Numbered from the stretch's first letter, positions 45,791 through 55,812 are shown. The stretch is 64,000 nt of DNA from Gammaproteobacteria bacterium (GCA_017577365.2 PKRJ02000006.1:2116-66115), one strand, 5' to 3'. The notes: generated from the letters alone by a model not told the origin. Numbers and translations: made by a program.

Positions 45791-46777
45791 ATGTCGTCGC
45801 TGCAGCAGAAATTCGTCCGTCTCGAGTCGCACCTGAAGAGCCTCGTCGTCGGCCAGGAGCGTTTGCTGAACCGCATGCTGATCGCGCTCCTGTGCGACGG
45901 GCATCTGCTCGTCGAGGGCGCGCCGGGCCTGGCGAAAACGCGCGCGATCAAGGTGTTGAGTCATAACATCGAGGGCGACTTCCATCGCCTGCAGTTCACG
46001 CCGGATCTGCTGCCGGCTGACCTCACCGGCACCGAGATCTATCGGCCGCAGGACGGCACGTTCGTGTTCCGCGAGGGTCCGCTTTTTCACAACCTCGTGC
46101 TGGCCGACGAGGTGAACCGCGCACCGGCGAAGGTGCAATCCGCGTTGCTCGAGGCGATGGCCGAGCGGCAGATCACCGTCGGCTCGGTGACGTATCCGCT
46201 TCCCCGCCTGTTCATGGTGATGGCGACGCAGAACCCGATCGAGCAGGAAGGCACGTATCCGTTGCCGGAAGCCCAGCTCGATCGCTTTCTGCTGCACGTC
46301 CTCGTCGGTTATCCGGACGCCGCGGGCGAGCGCGCGATTCTCGCGCTCAATCGCGCGGAAGCGCGGAAACCGACCGGACCCGGCACGGAGCGCGAGATGT
46401 TCGCGTCGAAGGAGCCGCTGACGCAGGACGAGGTGCTCGCCGCGCGGCAAGAGGTGCTCGATCTCTATCTCGCCGAGCCGCTCGAGGAGTACATCGTGCA
46501 GATCGTTCTCGCGACGCGGGATCCGGGACGTTACGGCGCCGATCTCGCAGGCGTGCTGCAGTACGGCGCGAGCCCGCGCGCGACCATCGCGCTCGACCGT
46601 TGCTCGCGTGCGAGGGCGTGGCTCGCCGGCCGCGAGTACGTGACGCCGGAGGATATACAAGACGTCGCGCACGACATCTTGAGGCATCGCGTGCTATTGA
46701 GCTTCGAGGCCGAGGCGGCGGGCCGGACGCCGGACGAGATCATCGACGCGCTGCTCGCGAGGATAGGCGTGCCGTGA
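45791..46777 (+). CDS. MoxR-family AAA+ ATPase
   Basis: 'VVGQERLLNRMLIALLCDGHLLVEGAPGLAKT' (Walker A), 'LLADEVNRAPAKVQSALLEAM' (Walker B), 'ATQNPIEQEGTYPLPEAQLDRF'. Confidence 0.9.
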   Translation: MSSLQQKFVRLESHLKSLVVGQERLLNRMLIALLCDGHLLVEGAPGLAKTRAIKVLSHNIEGDFHRLQFTPDLLPADLTGTEIYRPQDGTFVFREGPLFHNLVLADEVNRAPAKVQSALLEAMAERQITVGSVTYPLPRLFMVMATQNPIEQEGTYPLPEAQLDRFLLHVLVGYPDAAGERAILALNRAEARKPTGPGTEREMFASKEPLTQDEVLAARQEVLDLYLAEPLEEYIVQIVLATRDPGRYGADLAGVLQYGASPRATIALDRCSRARAWLAGREYVTPEDIQDVAHDILRHRVLLSFEAEAAGRTPDEIIDALLARIGVP

Positions 46778-47751
46778 TCGATACCGGCGTCATCGGCCGC
46801 ATTCGCAGGCACGCCGTCCGCGACAACGCCGCGCCGGACCGCGTGACGATCGAGCGGCTGATTGCGCTGCGTGCGGCCGGCGAATCGCTCAAGATCGGAA
46901 CGCCGCGTGTCCGCGCGGTCGGCGCAGGCGGGCATCTGTCGACGTTCAAGGGCCGCGGCGTCGAGTTCGACGAGTCGCGTCCGTATCAGCCCGGTGACGA
47001 TCCGCGAACGATGGACTGGCGCGTCACGGCGCGCACGGGCAAGCCGCACACGAAAGTCTTTCGCGAGGAGCGCAATCGACCCGTGATGCTGTGGGTCGAT
47101 CTGCGCGCGTCGATGCGCTTCGGCACGCAGCGGGCGTTCAAGGCCGTGCGCGCGGCCGAGCTCGCGGCGCTCGTCGCGTGGAGCGCCGTGGCGAACGGCG
47201 ACCGGCTCGGCGGGCTCGTGTTCTCCGACACCGCGCACGACGAGCGCAGACCGAGTCTCGGGCGGCGCGCGGCGCTTTCGATGCTGAAGCTCGTCGCCGG
47301 CGATGCGTTCTGGACGCCGCGCGAACCGTCGCGAGCCGACGGCGAGGCCGGCGCGGACCACGCGCTCGAGCGGCTCGCGCGGGTCGCTCGGCCCGGGAGC
47401 CTTTGTTTTCTCCTCAGCGACTTTCGCGGCTTGGGGGAGGCCGCCGAGCGGCATCTCTTCGAGCTCGCGCGTCACGGCGACGTTTTTCTCGTCCACATTT
47501 ACGATCCGATCGAGGCTGAACTTCCGCCGCCCGGCCGGTATCGAATCCTCGTCGGCGGGCGGTCGGTATCGATCGACACATCGGATGCCGACCTGCGCGC
47601 CCGGTACCGGGCGCAGTTCGAGGGCCGCAGGGCACGCCTCGCTGCGCTCGCTCGCGTTCCGGGGCTGCACGTGATCGACTGCGCAACGAGCGACGATCCG
47701 CACGGCGTGCTCGTGCGGCGCTTCGGCGGTGCGCGCCGGCTCATGCGGTAA
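46774..47751 (+). CDS. DUF58 domain protein (MoxR-associated)
   Basis: 'FKGRGVEFDESRPYQPGDDPRTMDWRVTARTGKPHTKVFREE'. The GTG start overlaps the moxR stop (GTGA). Confidence 0.85.
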   Translation: MIDTGVIGRIRRHAVRDNAAPDRVTIERLIALRAAGESLKIGTPRVRAVGAGGHLSTFKGRGVEFDESRPYQPGDDPRTMDWRVTARTGKPHTKVFREERNRPVMLWVDLRASMRFGTQRAFKAVRAAELAALVAWSAVANGDRLGGLVFSDTAHDERRPSLGRRAALSMLKLVAGDAFWTPREPSRADGEAGADHALERLARVARPGSLCFLLSDFRGLGEAAERHLFELARHGDVFLVHIYDPIEAELPPPGRYRILVGGRSVSIDTSDADLRARYRAQFEGRRARLAALARVPGLHVIDCATSDDPHGVLVRRFGGARRLMR

Positions 47752-47764
47752 CGTCGAACGGAAG

Positions 47765-48319
47765 ATGGATCCGAGCATCGACTACAGTGCGCTGCCGCTT
47801 CGGGACATTCACCTCCCGGAGCCGGTCTCGTGGTGGCCGCCTGCGCCGGGCTGGTGGGTGCTCTTGGCTTTCGGTCTGGCCGTGCTCGTCTTCGCCTTGT
47901 ATCGGCGCCACCGCGAGCGGGGCCGCCGCGCCGCGCTCGCCGCGATCGACCGCATCGTCGCGGATCTTCGCGCCGGTGCGGATCCCGCCGAGTCGTTGCG
48001 CGAGATGTCGATCGTGCTCAGGCGCTTCGCGATGTCGGTCGCCGCAGACGGCGAAGCGCGAATGGTGCCCGGGCTGGTTGGTCGCAGCTGGCTCGAGTAT
48101 CTCGATCGGCACGGCGGCGGAGAGGCGTTTCGCCGGGGGCCCGGCCGGTTGCTCGCCGATGCGCCGTATCGGCCGGGCGGCGTCGCGCGAGACGACGCGC
48201 TCGAGGCCGCGCTTGTCGTTTCGGCCTTCGTTCGCGCTGCGCAGCTCGCGCCGAGTCGCGGCTCCAGAGTGTTCGCCGTCGCGCTGCGCGGCCTCGTGCC
48301 GCACAAGGCCGGGGGCTGA
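47765..48319 (+). CDS. DUF4381-like membrane protein
   Basis: 'LRDIHLPEPVSWWPPAPGWWVLLAFGLAVLVFALYRRHR' matches my recollection of the DUF4381 N-terminus. Its position in the operon is the typical one. Confidence 0.65.
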   Translation: MDPSIDYSALPLRDIHLPEPVSWWPPAPGWWVLLAFGLAVLVFALYRRHRERGRRAALAAIDRIVADLRAGADPAESLREMSIVLRRFAMSVAADGEARMVPGLVGRSWLEYLDRHGGGEAFRRGPGRLLADAPYRPGGVARDDALEAALVVSAFVRAAQLAPSRGSRVFAVALRGLVPHKAGG

Positions 48320-48323
48320 GCGC

Positions 48324-49364
48324 ATGTGGACGTTCGCGTGGCCGTGGCTCTTGATCTTCCTGCCGATGCCGTGGCTCGTCCGGCGGGTGCTGCCGCCCGC
48401 GTCGGTCGAGCGCGGCGCGGCGCTCGTGGCGCCGCCCGGAAGCCCTCTCGCCGACCTCGCCTCGTCTCGCGCCGGCCGAACGGCTCGCGTGCCGCGCCTC
48501 GCGCTGCTCTGGCTCGTGTGGACGCTCGCGGTGTTTGCCGCGGCGCGGCCGCAATGGGTCGGCGATGCGGTCGCGATTCCGATCACCGGGCGCGACTTGC
48601 TGCTCGCGGTCGACCTCTCCGGCAGCATGGAGGAGCAGGACTTCCAGCTCGAGGGGCGATGGGTGAACCGGCTCGTCGCGACCAAGGCCGTCGCCGATGA
48701 CTTCATCGAGCGGCGCGTCGGCGACCGGATCGGCCTGATCCTGTTCGGCCGCGAGGCGTATCTGCAGGCGCCGCTCACCTTCGATCGCGAGACGGTGCGC
48801 ACGCTGCTCGACGAGGCCGTGATCGGGCTCGCCGGCAAGGAGACCGCCATCGGCGACGCGATCGGCCTTGCGATTCGCACGCTCGACGACGCCGGCATCG
48901 AGCAAGGTCGCCGCGTGCTGATCCTGCTGACCGACGGCGCGAACACGGCAGGCGCGGTCGATCCGCTCAAGGCGGCCGAGCTCGCGGCGCGCCGAGGCGT
49001 CGTGATCTACACGGTCGGCATCGGCGCCGACGCGCTGACGGTGCGCTCTTTGTTCGGCCTGCGTCAGATCAACCCGTCCGCCGATCTCGACGAGAAGACG
49101 CTGACGCAGATCGCGGAGCTCACCGGCGGACGTTATTTCAGGGCGCGCGATACCGAGGAATTCGCCGAGATCTACGCGATCCTCGACGAGCTCGAGCCGG
49201 CGGAAACGGAAGCTTCGGGGTATCGGCCCGTGAAGGAGCTGTTCTTCTGGCCGCTCGCGGCCGCCGTGCTGATCGTGCTCGCTGCCGCCGCGAGCGAGGC
49301 CGCGATCGCAGCCTTTCGCCGGCGCGCCGCGGCGACGACTTCGAGCGAGGCCGCGTATGGCTGA
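48324..49364 (+). CDS. VWA domain protein (BatA-like)
   Basis: N-terminal TM 'MWTFAWPWLLIFLPMPWL', MIDAS 'LLLAVDLSGSM', 'LLTDGANTAG', and a C-terminal TM. Confidence 0.85.
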   Translation: MWTFAWPWLLIFLPMPWLVRRVLPPASVERGAALVAPPGSPLADLASSRAGRTARVPRLALLWLVWTLAVFAAARPQWVGDAVAIPITGRDLLLAVDLSGSMEEQDFQLEGRWVNRLVATKAVADDFIERRVGDRIGLILFGREAYLQAPLTFDRETVRTLLDEAVIGLAGKETAIGDAIGLAIRTLDDAGIEQGRRVLILLTDGANTAGAVDPLKAAELAARRGVVIYTVGIGADALTVRSLFGLRQINPSADLDEKTLTQIAELTGGRYFRARDTEEFAEIYAILDELEPAETEASGYRPVKELFFWPLAAAVLIVLAAAASEAAIAAFRRRAAATTSSEAAYG

Positions 49365-51306
49365 GCTTCATTTCCTGCGTCCCGGCTGGCTTCTCGCGCT
49401 GCCGATCGGCGTCGGACTGATCCTCTATCTGTTTCGGCTTCAAGGCCGCGGCGGCGCGTGGCGCAACGTCGTCGATCGCGCGCTGCAGCCGTTCGTGCTA
49501 ACGGCGTCCGACGGCTACTCGGGCCGGCGCTGGCCGCTCGCCGTGGCGCTTGCCGCGTGGACCGTCGCGACCGTCGCGCTGGCCGGGCCCGCGTGGGAGC
49601 GCCTGCCGGTCCCCGCGTTTCGCTCGAATGACGCGCTCGTCGTCGCGCTCGACCTGTCGCGGTCGATGGATGCTGCGGATCTCGCGCCGAGCCGTCTCGC
49701 GCGTGCGAAGCTGAAGCTGCTCTCGCTGCTCGATCGGCGCGTCAGCGGGCAGACCGCCCTCGTCGTGTTCTCGTCGCACGCGTTCACGGTCACGCCGCTC
49801 ACGACCGATACCCAGACGATCGCGTCGCTCGTCGCGGCGTTGTCGACGGACATCATGCCGACGCGCGGAAGCCGGATCGGCGCGGGGCTCGAGACTTCCG
49901 CCGAGCTGATCCGCCGCGCGGGGCTCACGCGCGGACGGATCCTCTTGATGACCGACGCGGAGCCGACGGCGGCGGATCTTCGGTCCGCGGCGGCGCTGCG
50001 CGACGCCGGGATCGACATCGACGTGCTCGCGATCGGCACCGAAGAGGGCGCGCCGATTCCCGAGCGCGACGGCGGCTTCGTCACCGATGCGAGAGGCAAC
50101 GTCGTCGTTCCGAAGGTCGATACGGCCGCGCTCGCGCGGCTCGCCGAAGCGGGCGGCGGCCGTTTCTCGGTGATCACCGCGGACGACAGCGACTTGATGC
50201 GGCTCGAGTCTCCCGATTCGGGCGGCGTGCTCGACGAAGGCGGCGACGACGTCCACGTCGCCGACACGTGGCGCGACGCGGGAGCGTGGCTCGCCGTGCT
50301 GTTGCTTCCGCTGATCGCGCTCGGTTTCCGGCGCGGCTGGATCGCCGTGATCGCGGGCTTCCTGCTCGCGCTCCCGCCGCACGCCGATGCGCAGCCGGTC
50401 GCCGAGAGCGAGCCACCGGCCGCGAGCGCCGACGACGGAGGTCTCGCGGATCTCTGGTGGTCTCTGTGGCGTCGCCCGGATCAGCGTGCCGCTGCCGCTT
50501 TCGAGCGCGGCGCGCCGCAACGGGCCGCCGAGCTGTTCGAGGATCCCGAATGGCGGGCCGCGGCGCAGTATCGCGCCGGCGACTATGAGGCGAGCGCGGC
50601 AACGCTTGCCGGGCTCGACACCGCGACGGCGCATTACAACCGCGGCAACGCGCTCGCGCGCGCCGGGGAGCTCCGTGCGGCGATTGCGGCATATGACCGC
50701 GCTCTCGAGCTCGATCCCGACCACGAGGATGCTCGCTACAATCGCGACTTGCTCGAGAAGCTGCTGGAGCAGCAACGGCAACACCCGCAGCAGTCGGTCG
50801 GGCAGGAGCAGGCTCCGGGACAGCAGCAGTCGCCGCAGGACCCGCCGGGCGAGCCCGGCAACGAGCCTGATCCCGAAAGCCGGCTCGCCGAGTCCGGCGA
50901 GTCGAGCGCCGAGGCGGGCGAGCGCGACGCGGGCGAGCCGGGACAGCGCCAAGCCGATGGCACGCCCGGCGGCGCTTCATCGGCCGAGGACGACTCGAGC
51001 GGCGAGCGGCTCGCAGACGCGACGCCGTCGCCCGGCGAAGGCGAGGGCGTCGACGGCGAGCCGCAAGAGAGCGAGACGGAGGCCGCGTCGGAGCCGCAGC
51101 TCGCGGACGGATCGGATGCTGTTCCGGTGGATGCCGAGGAGCTCGAGCGTTGGGCGTCGGATCAGGCGGCCGAGCAATGGCTGCGCCGGATTCGGCAGGA
51201 TCCGGGCGGGCTGCTGCGGCGCAAGTTCCTGTATCAGTATCAGCGCCTCGGCATCGACCAACAGGGCAACGACCTGTACTCCGTGCAGGAGTCCGAGCCA
51301 TGGTGA
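49357..51306 (+). CDS. VWA + TPR protein (BatB/BatC-like fusion)
   Basis: MIDAS 'LVVALDLSRSM'; TPR 'AHYNRGNALARAGELRAAIAAYDRALELDPDHEDARYNRDLL'; an acidic/Gln-rich linker; and a 'WLRRIRQDPGGLLRRKF' tail. It overlaps batA by 8 nt. Confidence 0.85.
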   Translation: MAELHFLRPGWLLALPIGVGLILYLFRLQGRGGAWRNVVDRALQPFVLTASDGYSGRRWPLAVALAAWTVATVALAGPAWERLPVPAFRSNDALVVALDLSRSMDAADLAPSRLARAKLKLLSLLDRRVSGQTALVVFSSHAFTVTPLTTDTQTIASLVAALSTDIMPTRGSRIGAGLETSAELIRRAGLTRGRILLMTDAEPTAADLRSAAALRDAGIDIDVLAIGTEEGAPIPERDGGFVTDARGNVVVPKVDTAALARLAEAGGGRFSVITADDSDLMRLESPDSGGVLDEGGDDVHVADTWRDAGAWLAVLLLPLIALGFRRGWIAVIAGFLLALPPHADAQPVAESEPPAASADDGGLADLWWSLWRRPDQRAAAAFERGAPQRAAELFEDPEWRAAAQYRAGDYEASAATLAGLDTATAHYNRGNALARAGELRAAIAAYDRALELDPDHEDARYNRDLLEKLLEQQRQHPQQSVGQEQAPGQQQSPQDPPGEPGNEPDPESRLAESGESSAEAGERDAGEPGQRQADGTPGGASSAEDDSSGERLADATPSPGEGEGVDGEPQESETEAASEPQLADGSDAVPVDAEELERWASDQAAEQWLRRIRQDPGGLLRRKFLYQYQRLGIDQQGNDLYSVQESEPW

Positions 51307-53036
51307 ACGCAGGGTCAGGCAGGCACGGCACGCGCGGCCGAATCGGCCGCGGCGCGGCCTTGCTGCATGCGTTCGCCGTGCTCCTCGCGGCGCTCGCATG
51401 CTGCGGCGTGCGCATCGCGCACGCGCAGCAGGACGACGTCGAGATCCACGCGTCCGTCGACCGCGCGACGCCGCGGCTCAACGAATCGCTGACCTACGTG
51501 CTGACCGCGCGCGGCCGCGTGCGCGGCGAGCCCGACATCACGCCGCTGACCGAGATGTTCGAGGTCTTGCGCACTCAGGAGTCGACGCGCATTCAGATCG
51601 TGAACGGCCGCGCGGAGCAGATCGCGGAGTGGATCTATCTGCTGATGCCGCGTCGGCCCGGTAAGGCGCTGATCCCGCCGATCGAGGTCGGCGGCCGTTA
51701 TTCGAATGCGGTCGAGATCGAGGTGCTGCCGCCCGCGGACACCAACGCGGAAGTGCCGGGAGAAATCTTCCTCGAGGTCGAGGTCGCGCCGCAGGACCGC
51801 GTGTACGTTCAATCGCAGATCGTGTTCACGCTTCGGCTGTTCATCGGCACGATGACCGGCCGCGCGGGCATCACGCCGCCGGAGATCGTCGAAGGCGACG
51901 CGATCATCGAGCGCCTCGGAGACGACGTCGAGTACCGGGTCAATCGCGGCGGCCGCGATTTCACGGTACGCGAGCGGCTCTACGCGATCTTCCCGCAGCG
52001 CGCCGGCAAGCTGACGATCGGCCCGGCGACGTTCGAGGCGATGGTCATTCCGCCGCGCGGCTTCTCGCGCGTGCAGCGCTTCACGTCCGAGCCGATCGAG
52101 ATCGAGGTGCTGCCGGCCGTGCCGCCGCCGCCGTCGCATCCGAGCGCGGCGTGGCTTCCGGCGAAGCGGCTCGAGATCACGGAGCGCTGGGCCGGCGGCG
52201 CCGAGGATCCGCCTATGCTTACCGTCGGCGTGCCGACGACGCGGTCGCTCACGATCGTCGCCGAGGGCTTGCTCGAGACGCAGCTTCCGGAGCTTGCGCC
52301 GGCCCAGGCGGACGGCGTTCGCCTCTACGCCGACCGTCCCGAGCTGTCGCGCGCGTCGGGGCCGGGCGGGCTCGTCGCGACGCGCGTCGAGCGCTACGCC
52401 GTGCTGCCGCAATCGGCGCGCGAAACGACGCTGCCGCCGATCGAGCTTCCGTGGTTCGACGTCGAGCGCGGACGCTGGGAAATCGCTTCGGTGCCGGCGA
52501 GAACGCTCAAGATCGCGCCCGGAAGCGAGCCGGCCTCGCCGCCCGCGGCGACTCCGGCGCCGGTCACCGGGACGCCGTCCGCGGCGCCGTCGGGCTCGAA
52601 GGCGGGCCCCTGGCCCGCGCTCGCCGCGGTCTTCGCGGTCGGCTGGATGCTGACCGCGTTTTTCTGGTGGCGGGCGGCCCGGCGTGACGCGCGCGCGGTC
52701 CCCGGCTCGCCGGGGGCTCGGACGATCACGGACCGCTCCGCGGCTCGCATCCGCGACGCCTGCAAGCGAAACGATCCGGCCGCGGCGCGCGACGCGCTGC
52801 TCGCGTGGGCCGCGGAGCGTTTCCCCGAGTCGCCGCCGCGTTCCCTCGGCGCGCTCGCGGCGCGCGTTCCCGAGCCCATGGCGGCCGCGCTGAGCGAGCT
52901 CGACGCGGCGCTTTATGCCCCGCATCGGAGTGCCTGGAACGGCGAGGCGCTCGCGGCCGCGTTCGCCTCGCGCGCGACGCGCATCACAGGTTCGCCGCGC
53001 CGGCGCCGCGAGCCGCTGCTGCCGCTTTATCGGTGA
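51300..53036 (+). CDS. BatD-like (oxygen-tolerance family) protein
   Basis: After a signal peptide comes 'VDRATPRLNESLTYVLTA'. 'PIE[IV]..L' Ig-like segments repeat, a TM lies near residue ~480, and the ATG overlaps the upstream stop (ATGGTGA). Confidence 0.8.
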   Translation: MVNAGSGRHGTRGRIGRGAALLHAFAVLLAALACCGVRIAHAQQDDVEIHASVDRATPRLNESLTYVLTARGRVRGEPDITPLTEMFEVLRTQESTRIQIVNGRAEQIAEWIYLLMPRRPGKALIPPIEVGGRYSNAVEIEVLPPADTNAEVPGEIFLEVEVAPQDRVYVQSQIVFTLRLFIGTMTGRAGITPPEIVEGDAIIERLGDDVEYRVNRGGRDFTVRERLYAIFPQRAGKLTIGPATFEAMVIPPRGFSRVQRFTSEPIEIEVLPAVPPPPSHPSAAWLPAKRLEITERWAGGAEDPPMLTVGVPTTRSLTIVAEGLLETQLPELAPAQADGVRLYADRPELSRASGPGGLVATRVERYAVLPQSARETTLPPIELPWFDVERGRWEIASVPARTLKIAPGSEPASPPAATPAPVTGTPSAAPSGSKAGPWPALAAVFAVGWMLTAFFWWRAARRDARAVPGSPGARTITDRSAARIRDACKRNDPAAARDALLAWAAERFPESPPRSLGALAARVPEPMAAALSELDAALYAPHRSAWNGEALAAAFASRATRITGSPRRRREPLLPLYR

Positions 53037-53121
53037 CGAGCGGACTGTGACCTGATCGACCGTTACCGCCGGCCCTATCGGGCATGCTTGCGTCCTCGAG
53101 ATTAGTCGATCGACGGAATAG

Positions 53122-54336
53122 ATGGAGCGGCCGGCTCTCGATCGTGCAAGCCTTCAGTCTCCGTACGCGGATCAGCTGAACCAAGGCTTCGTACGATTGC
53201 GTTTCAACGGACTCCTCGAGAAGGAGTTTCGTGACTTCTACGTCACGCAGAACCTGCCTCGCGGCCGGCTCGCACTGCTGACGGCACTCGGCCCGCTCTG
53301 CGTGCTCGCGTTGATTCAATTTCTTGCAGACGAGCCGAATCATCCGCTGACGTTGTGGCGAGTCGCGCTCGTTCCGCTGATCGCGGCGGCGCTGATCACG
53401 GTGTACGTGCCGGCGGCGAAGCGCTACTACATGGGCATCGCCGGCACGACCGTGCTGCTCGGCGGCGGATTGATCACGTATTTCTCGCATGCCGAAGCGC
53501 TCGCCGGCGGCGCGAACCTCCTCGCCGCGCAAACCCTCGTGGTGCTGTTCGCGTGCGTGTTCCTCGGCCTGCTGTTCGATATCGCGACGGCAATCGGAGC
53601 GGCGCTCCTCGTGTGGCATTTCGCGGCAGGATCGTTGCTCGGCGTCGGATGGGAGGATCTTTCGTACTCCGGTGCGATTCTCGCGACCGCCGTTGCCGCC
53701 GCGCTGATCACGACGTACAAGCTCGAGCACGTGCTTCGCACGAATTTTCTCGAAGCGAGGCTGCTCAACTCGCTCGCGGAGCGCGACGGCCTGACCGGTC
53801 TCTACAATCGCCGGATGTTCGACGACTACGCGAAACGCGTTTGGCGGCAGTCGCGCCGCGAAGGCCAAGTGCTCGCGGTCGTGATGGTCGATATCGACGA
53901 CTTCAAGGTCTACAACGATCTCTACGGCCATCAGGCCGGGGACGATACGCTGAAGAAGGTCGCGGAGACGATCGCGCGCTGCGCGAAGCGGCCGTTCGAC
54001 TTCACGGCGCGCTACGGCGGCGAGGAGTTCGTGCTGCTCCTGTACGGCCCGCCGAAAGATTACGCGCGCTCGCTGCCGGAGCAGATTCGCCGTGATGTGA
54101 TGGCGCTCGAGATTCCCCACGAGGGCTCGCGCGCCGCGGACGTCGTGACCGTGAGCATCGGCGTCGCGGTCGCGGAGCCCGGCACCTCCCGAAGCCTCGC
54201 CGGAACGCTGCAGGTCGCCGACCAGGCGCTCTACCAGGCGAAGCAGGAAGGGCGGAACCGCGTGGTCGTCATGACGACCGACGACGCGGAAGTGGAGACG
54301 GGCAATTTCCGCGTGCGGTTCCGCGACAGCGCCTAA
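53122..54336 (+). CDS. Membrane-bound GGDEF diguanylate cyclase
   Basis: About 6 N-terminal TM helices. 'ERDGLTGLYNRRMFD', active-site 'GGEEF', and an I-site 'RPFD' 5 residues upstream. Confidence 0.85.
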   Translation: MERPALDRASLQSPYADQLNQGFVRLRFNGLLEKEFRDFYVTQNLPRGRLALLTALGPLCVLALIQFLADEPNHPLTLWRVALVPLIAAALITVYVPAAKRYYMGIAGTTVLLGGGLITYFSHAEALAGGANLLAAQTLVVLFACVFLGLLFDIATAIGAALLVWHFAAGSLLGVGWEDLSYSGAILATAVAAALITTYKLEHVLRTNFLEARLLNSLAERDGLTGLYNRRMFDDYAKRVWRQSRREGQVLAVVMVDIDDFKVYNDLYGHQAGDDTLKKVAETIARCAKRPFDFTARYGGEEFVLLLYGPPKDYARSLPEQIRRDVMALEIPHEGSRAADVVTVSIGVAVAEPGTSRSLAGTLQVADQALYQAKQEGRNRVVVMTTDDAEVETGNFRVRFRDSA

Positions 54337-54342
54337 CGCCGA

Positions 54343-54762
54343 TTACCACTTGCCCTGATTCGGCATCGATGCCCACGGCTCCTCGGGCGGTTTCGCCGGG
54401 CCTTTCTGCAGCAGCTCGATCGAGATGTTGTCCGGCGAACGGATGAACGCCATGCGCCCGTCGCGCGGCGGGCGATTGATCGTCACGCCCATCTCCATGA
54501 GCCGGCGGCACGTCTCGTAGATGTCGTCCACCTCGTACGCGATGTGCCCGAAATTGCGCCCTTCGGTGTATTGCTCCGGATCCCAGTTGTACGTCAGCTC
54601 GAGTTGCGCGTCCTCCTGCCCCTCCGGCGCGAGGAACACGAGCGTGTAGCGGCCGGCTTCGTTCTCGTGCCGTCGGATCTCCTTCAACCCGAGCTTGCGG
54701 CAGTAGAAATCGAGCGATTCCTCGAGGTTGCTGACGCGCACCATCGTGTGCAGGTAACGCAA
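54343..54762 (-). CDS. gloA: Lactoylglutathione lyase (glyoxalase I)
   Basis: '[26 protein letters not shown]', 'ELTYNW', '[11 protein letters not shown]' and '[16 protein letters not shown]'. Confidence 0.9.
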   Translation of the reverse strand: MRYLHTMVRVSNLEESLDFYCRKLGLKEIRRHENEAGRYTLVFLAPEGQEDAQLELTYNWDPEQYTEGRNFGHIAYEVDDIYETCRRLMEMGVTINRPPRDGRMAFIRSPDNISIELLQKGPAKPPEEPWASMPNQGKW

Positions 54763-54816
54763 GGCGGCTCCTCCGCGGCGTCCCCGACGGGACGGCCAAT
54801 GTTGTGACGTGATTCA

Positions 54817-55812
54817 ATGCGACTATACATTCTACAGTCCGCCCGATTGATTCCGCATGAAGCCCGATCGTTGACTACGCCCCGCATCGTCTTCGTTCCC
54901 GGCATGAAGCCGAAGCCGCCGCCGCGGCCCCACAAGCGCGAGCTGCTGAGAACGCTCGTCGCCGGCCTCGCGTGGGTCCGTCCCGCGGCGGCGCGCTGGC
55001 TGCGCGAGCACGAGGATCGGTTCACGCTCGTCTCGTGGACGCATCGCTTCTACGGCCGCTATCGCGACATCTCGCTCGACCTGCCGGGTGTCGAACGGCT
55101 TCTGCATCAGCCCGAGGCGAGCGACGAGGATCGCGCCGAGATCGATGCGGCGGCGCGCGGCGCGCGCCGGCTCGCGCATCTGGTCGGCGACGCGCTGCCG
55201 TTCGTCGGACGCCTGATCGCCCGGCCCGAGCTCAGGCTGACGATGACCGAGGTGCACCGGTACTTCAGCGACGAGGACGGCGTCTCGAGCGAGATCCGTT
55301 CGCTGCTGAAGACCGTGATCCGCCAGGCCTGGCTCGCCGGCGAGCGCGTCTGCCTCATCGGTCATAGCCTGGGCTCCGTCATCGCATACGACGCGTTGTG
55401 GGAGCTGTCCCGCGAGGACGGCGACACGCGGCGTATCGAGCTCTTCGTCACGCTCGGCAGCCCGCTCGCGACGCGCTTCATCCGCCGCTCGCTGCGCGGC
55501 GCGGAACGGAAGGGCGCCGAGCGATACCCGTCGAATATCGTCCGGTGGGCGAATTTCGCGGCGAAGGGCGAGACGATCGCTCTGAAGCCGATGCGCGGCT
55601 TTTTCGCGCCGATGCAGGAGCTCGGGCTCGTCGAGTCGATCTCGGACGAAACCGAGCTCTACAACCACTACCGCGGCGACCGCGGCCTCAATGTGCACGA
55701 ATCGTACGGCTACCTGATCCACCCGCACGTCGCGGGCTGCATCGGTGACTGGATCGAAGCCGTATCGACGGAGCGCGCGCTCGATGCGGCTCCGGCCGCT
55801 TCGTCGAGCTAA
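54817..55812 (+). CDS. Alpha/beta-hydrolase-fold protein (putative esterase/lipase)
   Basis: Nucleophile elbow 'LIGHSLGSVIAYDAL', early 'IVFVPGMKPKP', and late 'TLGSPL'. The start is uncertain. Confidence 0.55.
   Translation: MRLYILQSARLIPHEARSLTTPRIVFVPGMKPKPPPRPHKRELLRTLVAGLAWVRPAAARWLREHEDRFTLVSWTHRFYGRYRDISLDLPGVERLLHQPEASDEDRAEIDAAARGARRLAHLVGDALPFVGRLIARPELRLTMTEVHRYFSDEDGVSSEIRSLLKTVIRQAWLAGERVCLIGHSLGSVIAYDALWELSREDGDTRRIELFVTLGSPLATRFIRRSLRGAERKGAERYPSNIVRWANFAAKGETIALKPMRGFFAPMQELGLVESISDETELYNHYRGDRGLNVHESYGYLIHPHVAGCIGDWIEAVSTERALDAAPAASSS

Noticed and set aside
50750-51150. Apparent repeat-like DNA in the batB 3' half
   Set aside because: This is compositional bias encoding an acidic/Gln/Pro-rich linker ('QQSPQDPPGEPGNEPDPE...'). 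It is not a tandem repeat array or a CRISPR-like structure.
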